Below, piece by piece: positions 39,301 to 48,636 of a stretch of 64,000 nucleotides of DNA (positions are counted from its first letter, which is position 1; every line of letters begins with the position of its first letter). A model generated the notes under the pieces. The model was not told the origin of the DNA. It saw nothing but the letters and a program-made list of their open reading frames with translations, and did no database searches. The translations under genes were made by a program, and so were the position numbers. The stretch comes from a phage. The stretch is taken from sequence record PZ452583.1; one strand, 5' to 3'.

Positions 39301-40983
39301 TTAAACCATTACAGTAAATCGACCAACTTTCTTCATTTGAAGATGCTGACCGTATGCTTGTGGGTCATGGTCTCTATGCGAAATAACAAAAACATTAGTA
39401 TTTTTTAAACTATCTAAAATAGTTGAAATAGCTTTTACACCTTCAACGTCGGTCGCTGAATCAAAAACTTCATCAAGAATTAGTGTGTTTATTTTAACAC
39501 CTGAAACTTTTTCAGCAATATCACGCCAAGTAAATAAAAGAGCAATATCAATTCGCGCTTTTTCACCTTGACTGAATGAAGCATAACTAAAATCTTCACG
39601 ACCACGGGATTTAATTGTCTCATTAAATTCTTCATCTAATGTAAACACATAATCCGCTTCCATTATTTTAAGATAATGGTTAATCTGCTTATTAAATAAT
39701 GGAATGTACTTTTTAATAATAGCACCTTTAATACCAGAATCTTTGAGCATATCAGTCAAAATTCCTCGGTGGTATTTTTCCATTACTAAATTAGTTTTTG
39801 TCTTAACAATTTTATCAAGTTCTTCTTGAAGCAGTGCTATTTCATCAGCATGGTCAATAAACTCAGAAGATGCTTTTTCTATAGCTGCTTTAACTTTTTT
39901 AGCTTTATCTACTGTCGTGATTAGAGATTGCTTTTTATTGCGAATATCATTTGCCAACGACTGCTGGGTTTTAATATTATCTCGGTATTCATCAACAAGA
40001 ACTTTTAAATTATCACGGTGTGTTGAAAGCTGTTCAAACGAATGCGTGCATTCAGAAACTTTATCTTTAATTTTAGAAACAACTTTATCACCGGAACTCA
40101 ATTGTGACAAACAGGTTGGACATAATCCACCTTCGTGATACATATTAATGACTTTATTATACGAGTCAATTTTTGATTTAATTAAAACTGCTTCTTGACC
40201 GATTTTATTAAATGCATCAGTCGGGTCTTCGTCTAAAACAATATTAACTAATCTTTCATTAGCTTCTTCTATTTCCGATTTTAGCGTTCTAGCTTCTTTT
40301 GCCAAATCATCATACATATTTTGCAGACGAGTAAGATTGTCACCCGTTAATTTTTTCTGGCGTTCAACGTTATCATTATATATTTTAATTTGTTGGATAA
40401 TACTATCTTTTTTAACATCAAGCACTTGGTTTTGTGAATTTAATTCACGTATTAGTGCTTTATTAAGCTTATCCATTTCAGCTAATGTTCCTACCTCAAG
40501 CAGGTCTTCCACAAGCTTTCTTCGTGCAGGGGTCGACAAACCCATGAAAGGGGTATACCCTGCTGTACCAAGGACAACAATCTGCTTGAAACTGGCATAT
40601 GACATTCCGATAAGCTGTTCAAATTCTGCTTGGAAATCTTTACTGCTGGCAGATTCATTAAGACGTGTACCGTTAACGGTGATTTCGAAAACGTTTGGTT
40701 TTTGTCCTCTTTTGATATAGTACTTTTTCTCATCATATTCCATCCACAGTTCAACTAAAAGTTCTTTCTTATTTGTGCTGTTTATTAATTGACCTTTCTT
40801 TACATCACGAAATGGTTTGCCAAAAAGCCCAAATGTGATGGCTTCTAACATAGTAGACTTACCACCGCCATTTCGGCCAGTAATAAGAGTTTTTTGAACC
40901 TTATCTAATTGAATGTCAATAGGATTTCCACCTACTGACATTATATTTTGATACCTAACTCGGTTTAATTTAAAATTCTTCAC
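39301..40983 (-). CDS. 46: gp46 recombination endonuclease subunit (Rad50/SbcC-like)
   Basis: 560 aa as T4 gp46; Walker A GRNGGGKST; coiled-coil middle; apparent GTG start with SD AAGGAA. Confidence 0.9.
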   Translation of the reverse strand: MKNFKLNRVRYQNIMSVGGNPIDIQLDKVQKTLITGRNGGGKSTMLEAITFGLFGKPFRDVKKGQLINSTNKKELLVELWMEYDEKKYYIKRGQKPNVFEITVNGTRLNESASSKDFQAEFEQLIGMSYASFKQIVVLGTAGYTPFMGLSTPARRKLVEDLLEVGTLAEMDKLNKALIRELNSQNQVLDVKKDSIIQQIKIYNDNVERQKKLTGDNLTRLQNMYDDLAKEARTLKSEIEEANERLVNIVLDEDPTDAFNKIGQEAVLIKSKIDSYNKVINMYHEGGLCPTCLSQLSSGDKVVSKIKDKVSECTHSFEQLSTHRDNLKVLVDEYRDNIKTQQSLANDIRNKKQSLITTVDKAKKVKAAIEKASSEFIDHADEIALLQEELDKIVKTKTNLVMEKYHRGILTDMLKDSGIKGAIIKKYIPLFNKQINHYLKIMEADYVFTLDEEFNETIKSRGREDFSYASFSQGEKARIDIALLFTWRDIAEKVSGVKINTLILDEVFDSATDVEGVKAISTILDSLKNTNVFVISHRDHDPQAYGQHLQMKKVGRFTVMV

Positions 40984-41243
40984 AAAAGATTCCTTTTAAT
41001 GTATCTTTTAGACCATTCTATCATATCATCATAATCTAAAAAGTATTCATCAAATTCAGCCATGCAAACAACACCTTGTGCTGCTTTTGATGTGATATAA
41101 ATTATTCCAACATATCTAGAATCTTCTTCGGTATAATCAATATTTGCTATGAATTCATCATTAATGTCAAATGTCGAAAACTTCACAGTATGCATCCTTA
41201 ATACAAGATACAGCCATATCTTGTAATGATTTAGGTGTGTCAT
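40980..41243 (-). CDS. hypothetical protein (87 aa)
   Basis: ORF track; overlaps gene 46 start by 4 nt. Confidence 0.5.
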   Translation of the reverse strand: MTHLNHYKIWLYLVLRMHTVKFSTFDINDEFIANIDYTEEDSRYVGIIYITSKAAQGVVCMAEFDEYFLDYDDMIEWSKRYIKRNLL

Positions 41244-41430
41244 TATCTAAAATGTTGAAGTTAAAAGATACAGCCCAGTCAGTGCAGACCGTAACCTTTT
41301 TAATACAATTATCTTCAACCTCTAACGGTTCAAACCAATATTCAATAATTTCTTTATGACCAATATCATCTTTTACTTCGCATTCAAAATGCTGACTCAT
41401 CATAACATTTTTAAATTCATCAAAAGTCAT
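41167..41430 (-). CDS. hypothetical protein (87 aa)
   Basis: ATG 41428-41430 overlapping gene 47 stop; 3-prime end overlaps next ORF. Confidence 0.45.
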   Translation of the reverse strand: MTFDEFKNVMMSQHFECEVKDDIGHKEIIEYWFEPLEVEDNCIKKVTVCTDWAVSFNFNILDNDTPKSLQDMAVSCIKDAYCEVFDI

Positions 41431-42446
41431 TGTGTTGCCTCTACATATAGCTGGTTTGCATATTGAATAAGTGCTTCACGGTCAGAATCAGTGATGTCTG
41501 GAATTGCATTAATGTATTCTTCCATCAACGTCTGAAGAGATTGAACTTCAACTTCTTCACTGTCATCTGACTCGACAGAGTTATCAATCTTTGACACAAC
41601 TCGTAATGAATGCACAACTTTTTCTAGTTCAGATTCGAACTTCGTCAGATTTTTGTCTACTTCAGTTACTATAACACGTACTGATAGATTTGTAAAATCT
41701 TTATAGTCAATTTTTCCTTTAAATGGATAATGAATTCTACGATGCCAGGTAGTATTGTTTGGAATAAATTCCATTCGTTCTGTTTCTGTATCAAACATCC
41801 AGAACCCACGAGGGTCATTCTCGTCACCTGCAGTTAGTGTCCATGGTGTCCCAATATATCTGACGTTAGCAGCCTCAGAGATAGTATGGAAGTGACCAGA
41901 CCACACTTCTTTATAAGTCTTAAGGAAATCAGGTTCAAGACCATGAGATTTCATTCCTTTATAAAAATAAAATCCGTTCAGTTCCCAGTGACCAACGCAA
42001 AAAGAAGCAGATGAAGTTTTGATGTGTTCAAGAATTTCACCAGTATTTTCTTCACACATCCAAGGAATTAAATCAATTAAACATCCGTCAAAATCTACTG
42101 TAGTAGGCTTATCATATACTTTAACATTAGGATATTTAGCCAAAAGCTCAGTAGAGGCATTTGGATGCATTACATTTTTGTAGTGGAGATCGTGATTTCC
42201 TACAATAGTATGTAATGTGATTCCAGCATCATCAAGCATTTGAACTATTTCGCGAGCGAACTCCATAGTTTTATGCGTGATTGCTTTTCGCACATCAAAA
42301 ATATCGCCGTATTGAATCCATGTAGTAATTCCATTTTTCTTAGAATATTCTATTGCTTGTTTAATTCCATCAATTTGAATACCGCGAATCCACTCATCAT
42401 CAGCTTTAACGCCTAAATGCCAATCACCTAAATTTAAAATTTTCAT
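41427..42446 (-). CDS. 47: gp47 recombination nuclease subunit (Mre11/SbcD-like)
   Basis: 339 aa as T4 gp47; phosphoesterase motifs (GDWHLG, GNHD). Confidence 0.9.
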   Translation of the reverse strand: MKILNLGDWHLGVKADDEWIRGIQIDGIKQAIEYSKKNGITTWIQYGDIFDVRKAITHKTMEFAREIVQMLDDAGITLHTIVGNHDLHYKNVMHPNASTELLAKYPNVKVYDKPTTVDFDGCLIDLIPWMCEENTGEILEHIKTSSASFCVGHWELNGFYFYKGMKSHGLEPDFLKTYKEVWSGHFHTISEAANVRYIGTPWTLTAGDENDPRGFWMFDTETERMEFIPNNTTWHRRIHYPFKGKIDYKDFTNLSVRVIVTEVDKNLTKFESELEKVVHSLRVVSKIDNSVESDDSEEVEVQSLQTLMEEYINAIPDITDSDREALIQYANQLYVEATQ

Positions 42447-42583
42447 ATATCAAGAACCGTCATTGAAATGCAAAATAAAATTATTGAAATAAACCCATCT
42501 GGTGTGCTAAAGAACCCAATCCAACATGCTCTAGTGAATAGATAAAATGCAAGAAAAAGTATCACATATCCAAGAAATATCAT
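42443..42583 (-). CDS. small membrane protein (46 aa)
   Basis: ATG 42581-42583 with SD GGAG; stop overlaps gene 47 start (ATGA); MIFLGYVILFLAFYLF... Confidence 0.35.
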   Translation of the reverse strand: MIFLGYVILFLAFYLFTRACWIGFFSTPDGFISIILFCISMTVLDI

Positions 42584-42606
42584 TATATCAAACTCCGTAT
42601 AAAGCT

Positions 42607-42624
42607 AAAGGGCCGAAGCCCTTT
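42607..42624 (-). terminator. AAAGGGC-UUCG-GCCCUUU hairpin at a-gt stop
   Basis: 7-bp stem with UUCG loop overlapping the a-gt stop codon. Confidence 0.5.
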
Positions 42625-43825
42625 ATTTTGTAATAATGTCAAACTGTTCTTTAAAGCAGAAGCTTGAATCTTGATGCTGATACAAAAATTCATAAGCTTT
42701 TTCGCGTTCACGGTCATAAAGAGTTCGGTCAGATGACAGTTCTTTAATACGCTCGAATGTTGATTCCATGTCATTTTCATCAAACCAAATGATACCGCTA
42801 TCATGCGAGGTCAAAGGAGTATTATCAACACGGAATTTTAAATTTTCGCCAGTAGATTTCCAAAATACCGGAATTGTTCCACATGCACCAAGCTCGAGAT
42901 GAGTATATTCTAAAGAACGTTGTAGATATTTTTTGTCCAACTTACTCAGCTGATAACCAAAACCGGATTTACTCATGCGTTCAAGCATTTCGCTATTTAC
43001 ATAACGGTCAAGAATTTGCGTTGGCAAATTAGGAGCAATTTTAATTTGGTCTACTTGATGAAGACGATAATACTCGTATGGAATTCCTTTTTCTTTAATA
43101 GGAATGAACGCTGGAGAACGTTCCAGACCTTCCATAATAGTACTTAGTCCTGCAGGTTTAAGATGTTTTTCATGAAAATCAAACATCTGATAAAAACCTT
43201 TCCATGTAGTCGTACGACCAATCCAACGGTTGATATTCATGTTAATTTCAGAAACATCTTTCCAGTAGGTTGACCGAACCTTCGCAATATCCATAGGAGG
43301 CTGAAAGTTATATACTGTCGGTGCTTCTTCAATATCATCAAACAGAGAAACTGTTTCAGGATACCATTCTTTCATCAGAACTTTATTAAAATCACCATTA
43401 TCAGAATGGCTAAAAATAACATCAGCTCGACGAACAGTTTCTTCTAATCCCAAATTTCGGCGCAAAGAAAGAGAAGAATGGTCATGTTGATAAACTACAA
43501 CACGAACAGAAGGTTTAATGTTATCAATAATTTTTTTATAGTTATTAATAGTGTCTTCTTCAACCGAAGTAGCAGGAACTGAATTGATAATTAGAATATC
43601 ACAATCATTTACCAGCTTAAGTGTTTTATCATATTCTTTTGCCAATAAAACCGGAATTGAAAATGATTTATAATCATGCGCGCAATTACGAGTAAATGAT
43701 TTATCTTTAGCATAAACCAAAGTTACTTCATGACCATTTTTAATAAACCAATCACGTTGCTCGAGTGAGAATTTTGTTACACCACAACCTTCAAGACCTC
43801 GAGCCATAAAAATACATACTTTCAT
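42623..43825 (-). CDS. a-gt: alpha-glucosyltransferase
   Basis: 400 aa; sequence recognisably T4 AGT (...CIFMARGLEGCGVTKFSLEQRDWFIKNGHEV...). Confidence 0.9.
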   Translation of the reverse strand: MKVCIFMARGLEGCGVTKFSLEQRDWFIKNGHEVTLVYAKDKSFTRNCAHDYKSFSIPVLLAKEYDKTLKLVNDCDILIINSVPATSVEEDTINNYKKIIDNIKPSVRVVVYQHDHSSLSLRRNLGLEETVRRADVIFSHSDNGDFNKVLMKEWYPETVSLFDDIEEAPTVYNFQPPMDIAKVRSTYWKDVSEINMNINRWIGRTTTWKGFYQMFDFHEKHLKPAGLSTIMEGLERSPAFIPIKEKGIPYEYYRLHQVDQIKIAPNLPTQILDRYVNSEMLERMSKSGFGYQLSKLDKKYLQRSLEYTHLELGACGTIPVFWKSTGENLKFRVDNTPLTSHDSGIIWFDENDMESTFERIKELSSDRTLYDREREKAYEFLYQHQDSSFCFKEQFDIITK

Positions 43826-43849
43826 TTAATATCCTCTTTGTTTTGGTTT

Positions 43850-43875
43850 ATTTTACCAAAAATTTATAAAGCAAT
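43850..43875 (-). promoter_or_regulatory. middle (MotA-dependent) promoter upstream of a-gt
   Basis: MotA box TTGCTTTA, 11 nt, then TAAAAT; same architecture as the gene 45 promoter. Confidence 0.55.
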
Positions 43876-43876
43876 A

Positions 43877-43894
43877 TAGGAGCCGAAGCTCCTA
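43877..43894 (-). terminator. UAGGAGC-UUCG-GCUCCUA hairpin
   Basis: 7-bp stem with UUCG loop just upstream of the a-gt middle promoter. Confidence 0.5.
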
Positions 43895-44068
43895 TCCACA
43901 TAATACGCCATACAGAGGCTCATTAGAACTTTTAAATTTTATGCGCTTATATTTTATAGTTCCTTCTGCTTTAGCTTTATCATGAGACTCTTTAAAGAGT
44001 CTCATGATTTCCTCTTTAGAGGAACGAATTTTATTATAATCTATTTCAGAAGTCTGGGTGTTCATCTT

Positions 44069-44272
44069 TCATAACTGCCACCATTTTTTGACTTGATAAG
44101 AATCAACCCACACTTTCATATTAGGGTCTGCTCTTACAATAGGAGGATTAACTTCTTTAATTGAACTATCATGGTATTCTTTTTCAGAAATTTTCACACA
44201 AAGATGACCATTCAAAGATTCAGTAAATCCTGCATTAATTTTAAGACGCTTGAATTTTACGTGTGTAAGCAT
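44069..44272 (-). CDS. hypothetical protein (67 aa)
   Basis: ATG 44270-44272; track start is TTG. Confidence 0.45.
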   Translation of the reverse strand: MLTHVKFKRLKINAGFTESLNGHLCVKISEKEYHDSSIKEVNPPIVRADPNMKVWVDSYQVKKWWQL

Positions 44273-44558
44273 CAATCATATCCTCAATTTGCGATCTAGT
44301 AGTCTTCCAAAGAATACTGATGAGTTCATCGTTATATGGCTGTTTTAGAATATCCCGACTTTTCTTGATAGCATATTCGTATTGAGCAAAATTATTGTTT
44401 TCAGCTGCGATCTGAGCGTGCTTATAAAGACGATTCAGTTCGCGTTTGTTTTTAGACAATAACTTATTTGCTTTTCTTTCTGCTTCAAGACGGTTCTTTT
44501 CTTCAATAGAAGAAATAAGCTTTTCCACTTCATCATTAATTTCGGGTTTATCAGTCAT
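44241..44558 (-). CDS. hypothetical protein (105 aa)
   Basis: ATG 44556-44558; ORF track. Confidence 0.5.
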   Translation of the reverse strand: MTDKPEINDEVEKLISSIEEKNRLEAERKANKLLSKNKRELNRLYKHAQIAAENNNFAQYEYAIKKSRDILKQPYNDELISILWKTTRSQIEDMIDAYTRKIQAS

Positions 44559-44559
44559 A

Positions 44560-44778
44560 TTATTTCTCTAATATAAAATAAAAATCATCATCTGTTAAAT
44601 GATACCTGTAATTTAATTCTACACCATTAGATTTAAAAGCGGTATCATACGGATTTTCTGGATCAATATCAATGTCAAGAGCTAAAACTTCCCTGAGATA
44701 CATTTTAAGTAAATAGGGAATAGCTTCAACTTCAGGTATTTCTTCCAAGAATCCGGAGAGGTTAATCGTTAGCCTCAT
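44560..44778 (-). CDS. hypothetical protein (72 aa)
   Basis: ATG 44776-44778; overlaps gene 55 3-prime end. Confidence 0.5.
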
Positions 44779-45319
44779 ATAAAAAATCCAAACTAGGAGA
44801 ATCGTCTACAACACTTTTCTTTTCAGCCCCCGGTGTTCTATAGGTTGATTCTTCGTAATGCGTCATTTTATCGTAGATGTCTTGAATAAAAGTTTCATCT
44901 ACTAACGCAACCATATCGTCGTCACGACTGTCATAGACATTGTGAACGAAGTAACTATATTTCTTTGCAACTTCCTTACGTTCTTTTTTAATACGCTGGA
45001 CGAATGCATTAAAACAAGCTTGAGTTATATATGCATGTGGGTTTTTATATTTCGTTTCATCAAAATTATGAAGCCCCTTAATAGAAGCTTCTATACCATC
45101 TGCAATCATTTCTTGTTTCCAAGACTGGGTGTATCCTGAAAAGTTGAAACGTTTAGATAAGCCTTCTGCAATAAGCATAATGGCTAATCCGATAGTATCA
45201 TTCTGACGAACTACTTTATTTGGGTCTTTATTATTTGCTAATTCTGTTTTCCAATCAATAATAGCTTGTAAAAGCTCTTTATTGTTTACGTAATTATATT
45301 TAGGCTTAGTTTCTGACAT
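44762..45319 (-). CDS. 55: gp55 late sigma factor
   Basis: 185 aa from [20 protein letters not shown]...; sequence recognisably T4 gp55; SD AGAGGTGAAA. Confidence 0.92.
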
Positions 45320-45397
45320 TTTCACCTCTTAGCTCAATTCATAGATCTATTATATCATAATATTTGAAGATCTATCTTAAAGCATAGAGGATATCAG

Positions 45398-45667
45398 TTA
45401 TCTAAGTAAACAGTATGCTTGGAACACTTTCTCCATCATCTTTTTAAATTCATGAATATCTATATAATGACTAGTTAAATCAGCATGATATAAAAAGTCT
45501 AAAAACTTTTCATGTGTGCTAACATATTCACTTTCATTTAATTCAGAAACATGACTTTCCCAATATCCAACACCAGTCTTATTTGGGAAAAATGAAATTT
45601 TCATGTATTGGTCAACATAGAAAATGCCATAATTTTCAATAGTAATAGAAATATTAATAAATTTCAT
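45398..45667 (-). CDS. hypothetical protein (89 aa)
   Basis: ORF track; ATG 45665-45667. Confidence 0.5.
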   Translation of the reverse strand: MKFINISITIENYGIFYVDQYMKISFFPNKTGVGYWESHVSELNESEYVSTHEKFLDFLYHADLTSHYIDIHEFKKMMEKVFQAYCLLR

Positions 45668-45879
45668 ACATTCATCAACTTAGCCGCTTCAAGAGCTGCA
45701 TCTAGTGAATCAAATTGGTCAACATATTCAATCAATTCGCCATAATTGGCATATAACCACCATTGGCTAAATTCATACTCAAGGATGAATCCGTTTCCTT
45801 CAATTTGAGTTAAACCAATGCCATTTGTATTTACTTCATACCCAGCAAGACGTAAATCGTTAATAAGAGCTTCGTTCAT
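45664..45879 (-). CDS. hypothetical protein (71 aa)
   Basis: ATG with SD AAGGTATAAT. Confidence 0.5.
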   Translation of the reverse strand: MNEALINDLRLAGYEVNTNGIGLTQIEGNGFILEYEFSQWWLYANYGELIEYVDQFDSLDAALEAAKLMNV

Positions 45880-45881
45880 AA

Positions 45882-46208
45882 TTATACCTTAGTAATTTTC
45901 AGGTCTGCAAATTTTTTCTTGCGTTGATTTTTCATACGACGAATAGTTTTATCGGAAATTTCATGCTTTTGATAAGCTTTAGATTCTACGCCAAAAGCTT
46001 TAACATCAAATTCTGACAAGATATATTGAACCAACAATTCACGGACAGTATTGCGTCCAATCTTCTGATCATTCTGTTTCATCGTCTGATGAAGCTCTTT
46101 TTCCCATTTATCCAAAATTTGAGGAGTTACAATATCGCCTTTTTCTAGCAAAGAAACTACTTTATCATATGCGTAAGAATTGATGGCGTTTTTAATTTGA
46201 ATAGTCAT
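45882..46208 (-). CDS. hypothetical protein (108 aa)
   Basis: ORF track; ATG 46206-46208. Confidence 0.5.
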   Translation of the reverse strand: MTIQIKNAINSYAYDKVVSLLEKGDIVTPQILDKWEKELHQTMKQNDQKIGRNTVRELLVQYILSEFDVKAFGVESKAYQKHEISDKTIRRMKNQRKKKFADLKITKV

Positions 46209-46245
46209 ACATTATCCTCAATTGCATTAAAATTTTATTATCCAA

Positions 46246-46261
46246 AAGGGCCGAAGCCCTT
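46246..46261 (-). terminator. AAGGGC-UUCG-GCCCUU hairpin
   Basis: overlaps stop of 46260-46460 ORF; U-rich tract follows on minus strand. Confidence 0.5.
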
Positions 46262-46460
46262 AGCTAAACTTTTTGGCACCCTTCCAGCCTTCGTACATCA
46301 TTGCGGCTGATATTAATATTGCTCCTGAGCAACTTGAATATTTGTGATTCCAAAACCAGTTTAGAAAAACTTCATCATCAATACCTTGGGCTATCATATT
46401 TTCAAAGAACTGACGACGAGCTTCGGCAATTCGTTGTGATAATTTAGATTCAGGATTCAT
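46260..46460 (-). CDS. hypothetical protein (66 aa)
   Basis: ORF track; ATG 46458-46460. Confidence 0.45.
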   Translation of the reverse strand: MNPESKLSQRIAEARRQFFENMIAQGIDDEVFLNWFWNHKYSSCSGAILISAAMMYEGWKGAKKFS

Positions 46461-46592
46461 TTAAATTTTCCAGTTACCATTTTCATCAATAAATTTAATC
46501 CAGTCATTTACTGACCACTTAGTTGTATCGCCTTTTGGAGTAACATTTAAAGTGTATAACCCCTGCTTAAAAAGCATTCGTTTAATATTCAT
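46461..46592 (-). CDS. hypothetical small protein (about 43 aa)
   Basis: ATG 46590-46592 with SD GAGGAAAAT; track ORF is an upstream extension overlapping the next gene. Confidence 0.4.
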   Translation of the reverse strand: MNIKRMLFKQGLYTLNVTPKGDTTKWSVNDWIKFIDENGNWKI

Positions 46593-46599
46593 ATTTTCC

Positions 46600-46893
46600 T
46601 CAGCTGTAACGATAACATTCGTTTGATTTGCGCTTAGCAACTCGTTGAGATGTATTATAATCAAAATCATCGTCAATGTAAACTGATTTTTTCAACTTTC
46701 TTACTTCACCACGCAGTTGACGATTCAATTCATTCTTAACCTCTGAATCAACACCTCGCATACGTCGCCATTTATCTGAACGAAAAATGTTTTCAACCAT
46801 ATCTTTATGACTTACCCCATCAGGAGCTTTACGCTTTCCGAAATAGTCATAATCACGAACTTTCAAGTCTTTACGACGATACGTTTTACCCAT
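46600..46893 (-). CDS. hypothetical highly basic protein (about 97 aa)
   Basis: ATG 46891-46893; Arg/Lys-rich (MGKTYRRKDLKVRDYDYFGKRK...). Confidence 0.45.
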   Translation of the reverse strand: MGKTYRRKDLKVRDYDYFGKRKAPDGVSHKDMVENIFRSDKWRRMRGVDSEVKNELNRQLRGEVRKLKKSVYIDDDFDYNTSQRVAKRKSNECYRYS

Positions 46894-47068
46894 GGAGTTT
46901 AATTTCCTTAGCAACTGAACTAAATACAGCACGATCACAAATCATGTGTTTATGTAACTTAAGTATAAGATAATAAACATCATAACCATTTACGTAAGTA
47001 ACACGAACAACATTACCATTAATAAAATAATATTGTCCCTTTTTAATTTCTTTATCAACCACAACCAT
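46886..47068 (-). CDS. hypothetical protein (60 aa)
   Basis: ATG 47066-47068 with SD GAGGATTTGAT. Confidence 0.5.
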   Translation of the reverse strand: MVVVDKEIKKGQYYFINGNVVRVTYVNGYDVYYLILKLHKHMICDRAVFSSVAKEIKLHG

Positions 47069-47098
47069 ATCAAATCCTCAAAGGCAATTCATATGTTA

Positions 47099-47128
47099 AT
47101 AATACCACGGTTTGAACTTGTTGTAAAC
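47099..47128 (-). promoter_or_regulatory. early promoter
   Basis: GTTTAC (+47123-47128), 18-nt spacer ending TGG, TATTAT (+47099-47104). Confidence 0.55.
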
Positions 47129-47226
47129 AACTTTGTGAAAATTATTTTAGGGAATGATAAGAAGGGAACGATAGCTTAGAATGGTAATATACAGAATGTA
47201 AGAAAGAAAGGCCCAGAAGGCCCGTC

Positions 47227-47550
47227 TTAGTCTTCTATGATATCTCTATCATATCCAAGTGAAATGAGAGTTTCTTTGAAGTGTTTAATGTTCTTTTGTC
47301 TAGAATCATTAATGAAAATGACTGGATAACGAATGTTAAGAGATGTGAATCCAGCGCGTTTAGCAAGAGATACAATCAGCGGACGATCATACTCAATCTT
47401 ACCATTATTTGTAAGAACTTTATAGAAAGTAAAAGGAGCATTGAGCTCCTTTAGAAGTTTTGTAACTGATTGACATCCAGGACAACGACCAACTTCATCT
47501 GGAATTCCGTAGACTTCAATCTTATTCTTTAAGTTCGAGTTTTGTTCCAC
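47227..47550 (-). CDS. nrdH: glutaredoxin-like protein (NrdH-like)
   Basis: CPGC redox motif after KIEVYG beta-strand; no in-frame ATG near the fold start, so GTG at 47548-47550 inferred (107 aa). Confidence 0.55.
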   Translation of the reverse strand: MEQNSNLKNKIEVYGIPDEVGRCPGCQSVTKLLKELNAPFTFYKVLTNNGKIEYDRPLIVSLAKRAGFTSLNIRYPVIFINDSRQKNIKHFKETLISLGYDRDIIED

Positions 47551-47833
47551 GAGAAATAATTCCTTGGTAAGCCCAATAAGGAGGATTAACAGAATCCTCA
47601 CCAGAGTTTTCTTCAGGAAAATAAACCTGGATAACGAAGCCGGATTCATCAAAGGTGAAATAAGTAGTAGGCAGTTCACCTAACAAATCGGCACGAGCGT
47701 TGATTTCTTCGAGGTCTTGTTCACGTCCAGCCCAGAAGCTTGGGTTCAGACTACATTCATAGAAATAATAGTCATTACCGAACATATCAAAACCATTCCA
47801 ACTCTCTACTACATACCGCTCAAAACTAATCAT
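47522..47833 (-). CDS. hypothetical protein (103 aa)
   Basis: ORF track; ATG 47831-47833. Confidence 0.5.
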   Translation of the reverse strand: MISFERYVVESWNGFDMFGNDYYFYECSLNPSFWAGREQDLEEINARADLLGELPTTYFTFDESGFVIQVYFPEENSGEDSVNPPYWAYQGIISRGTKLELKE

Positions 47834-47835
47834 AA

Positions 47836-48051
47836 TTAAGCCTTTTTATCAAGAACAGCATTCAGCTTGTTAGTAATTTTATCCAGACGCTTATTGAACT
47901 CACTAGAAGATAAGCCCTTTTCTGGAGAAATTAAACTAATCACGAAAAATATAGCAATAAAAGGAATAAGGAAAATAGCTCCAACTGCCATAAACAGAAA
48001 GAATGTTACAGTTGTAAGAAAATCAGCTAAACCTTTACGAAATTTATACAT
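47836..48051 (-). CDS. small membrane protein (71 aa)
   Basis: two hydrophobic segments; ATG 48049-48051. Confidence 0.5.
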   Translation of the reverse strand: MYKFRKGLADFLTTVTFFLFMAVGAIFLIPFIAIFFVISLISPEKGLSSSEFNKRLDKITNKLNAVLDKKA

Positions 48052-48165
48052 ATTTACCCTTAATTAATTAACCAAGCATTGATAAGCACTAAACTATATT
48101 GCGAATAAAATTCTGGACCAAAATGAAAAATCATATCATTTATAGTATCCATAATGTAATTCAAT

Positions 48166-48636
48166 TTAATCATGTGTCCACACCCCATCGGTATTTGACC
48201 AAAGTCGCTGATTATCTGATCCTCGCCACAGCTTTTTGGTCGGAAGATTTTTCTCATACTTCCCATCAATAATAACATCAACATATTTAAGCATTTCTAG
48301 TTGTTTAATATCTTCAAACTTATATCCTGTCCACAACCAAATGCTTTTATTGGGATAAAGATTTTTAATAGTTTGAACCACAGAGTGAATCACGTCTCTG
48401 TTATCAGGATAAAGAGGGTCACCTCCGGTTATAGTTAATCCTTCTATATAATCATTATTCAAACATTCAATCAATTGTTCTAGTGTTTCACCAGTGAATG
48501 GAATACCATTTCTAGCATTCCATGTTGATTTATTATAACACCCTTCGCATTTATGCAAACAACCTGTAACGAAAAGAACGACCCTGCATCCAGGGCCATT
48601 CACAAAATCACAGGGATAAAATCTATCATAATTCAT
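48166..48636 (-). CDS. nrdG: NrdG, anaerobic ribonucleotide reductase activating protein
   Basis: 156 aa as T4 NrdG; radical-SAM CxxxCxxC (CLHKCEGC). Confidence 0.85.
   Translation of the reverse strand: MNYDRFYPCDFVNGPGCRVVLFVTGCLHKCEGCYNKSTWNARNGIPFTGETLEQLIECLNNDYIEGLTITGGDPLYPDNRDVIHSVVQTIKNLYPNKSIWLWTGYKFEDIKQLEMLKYVDVIIDGKYEKNLPTKKLWRGSDNQRLWSNTDGVWTHD

Noticed and set aside
40491-40754. Minus-strand 87-aa ORF
   Set aside because: Alternative frame inside gene 46.
42583-42804. Minus-strand 73-aa ORF
   Set aside because: Overlaps the a-gt 3-prime end in another frame; the real small gene here is the 46-aa ORF at 42443-42583.
47201-47216. GGCC-CAGAA-GGCC possible hairpin
   Set aside because: Only a 4-bp stem; too weak to call a terminator.
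48060-48284. Minus-strand 74-aa ORF
   Set aside because: Overlaps the nrdG 5-prime end out of frame; nrdG at full T4 length explains the region.
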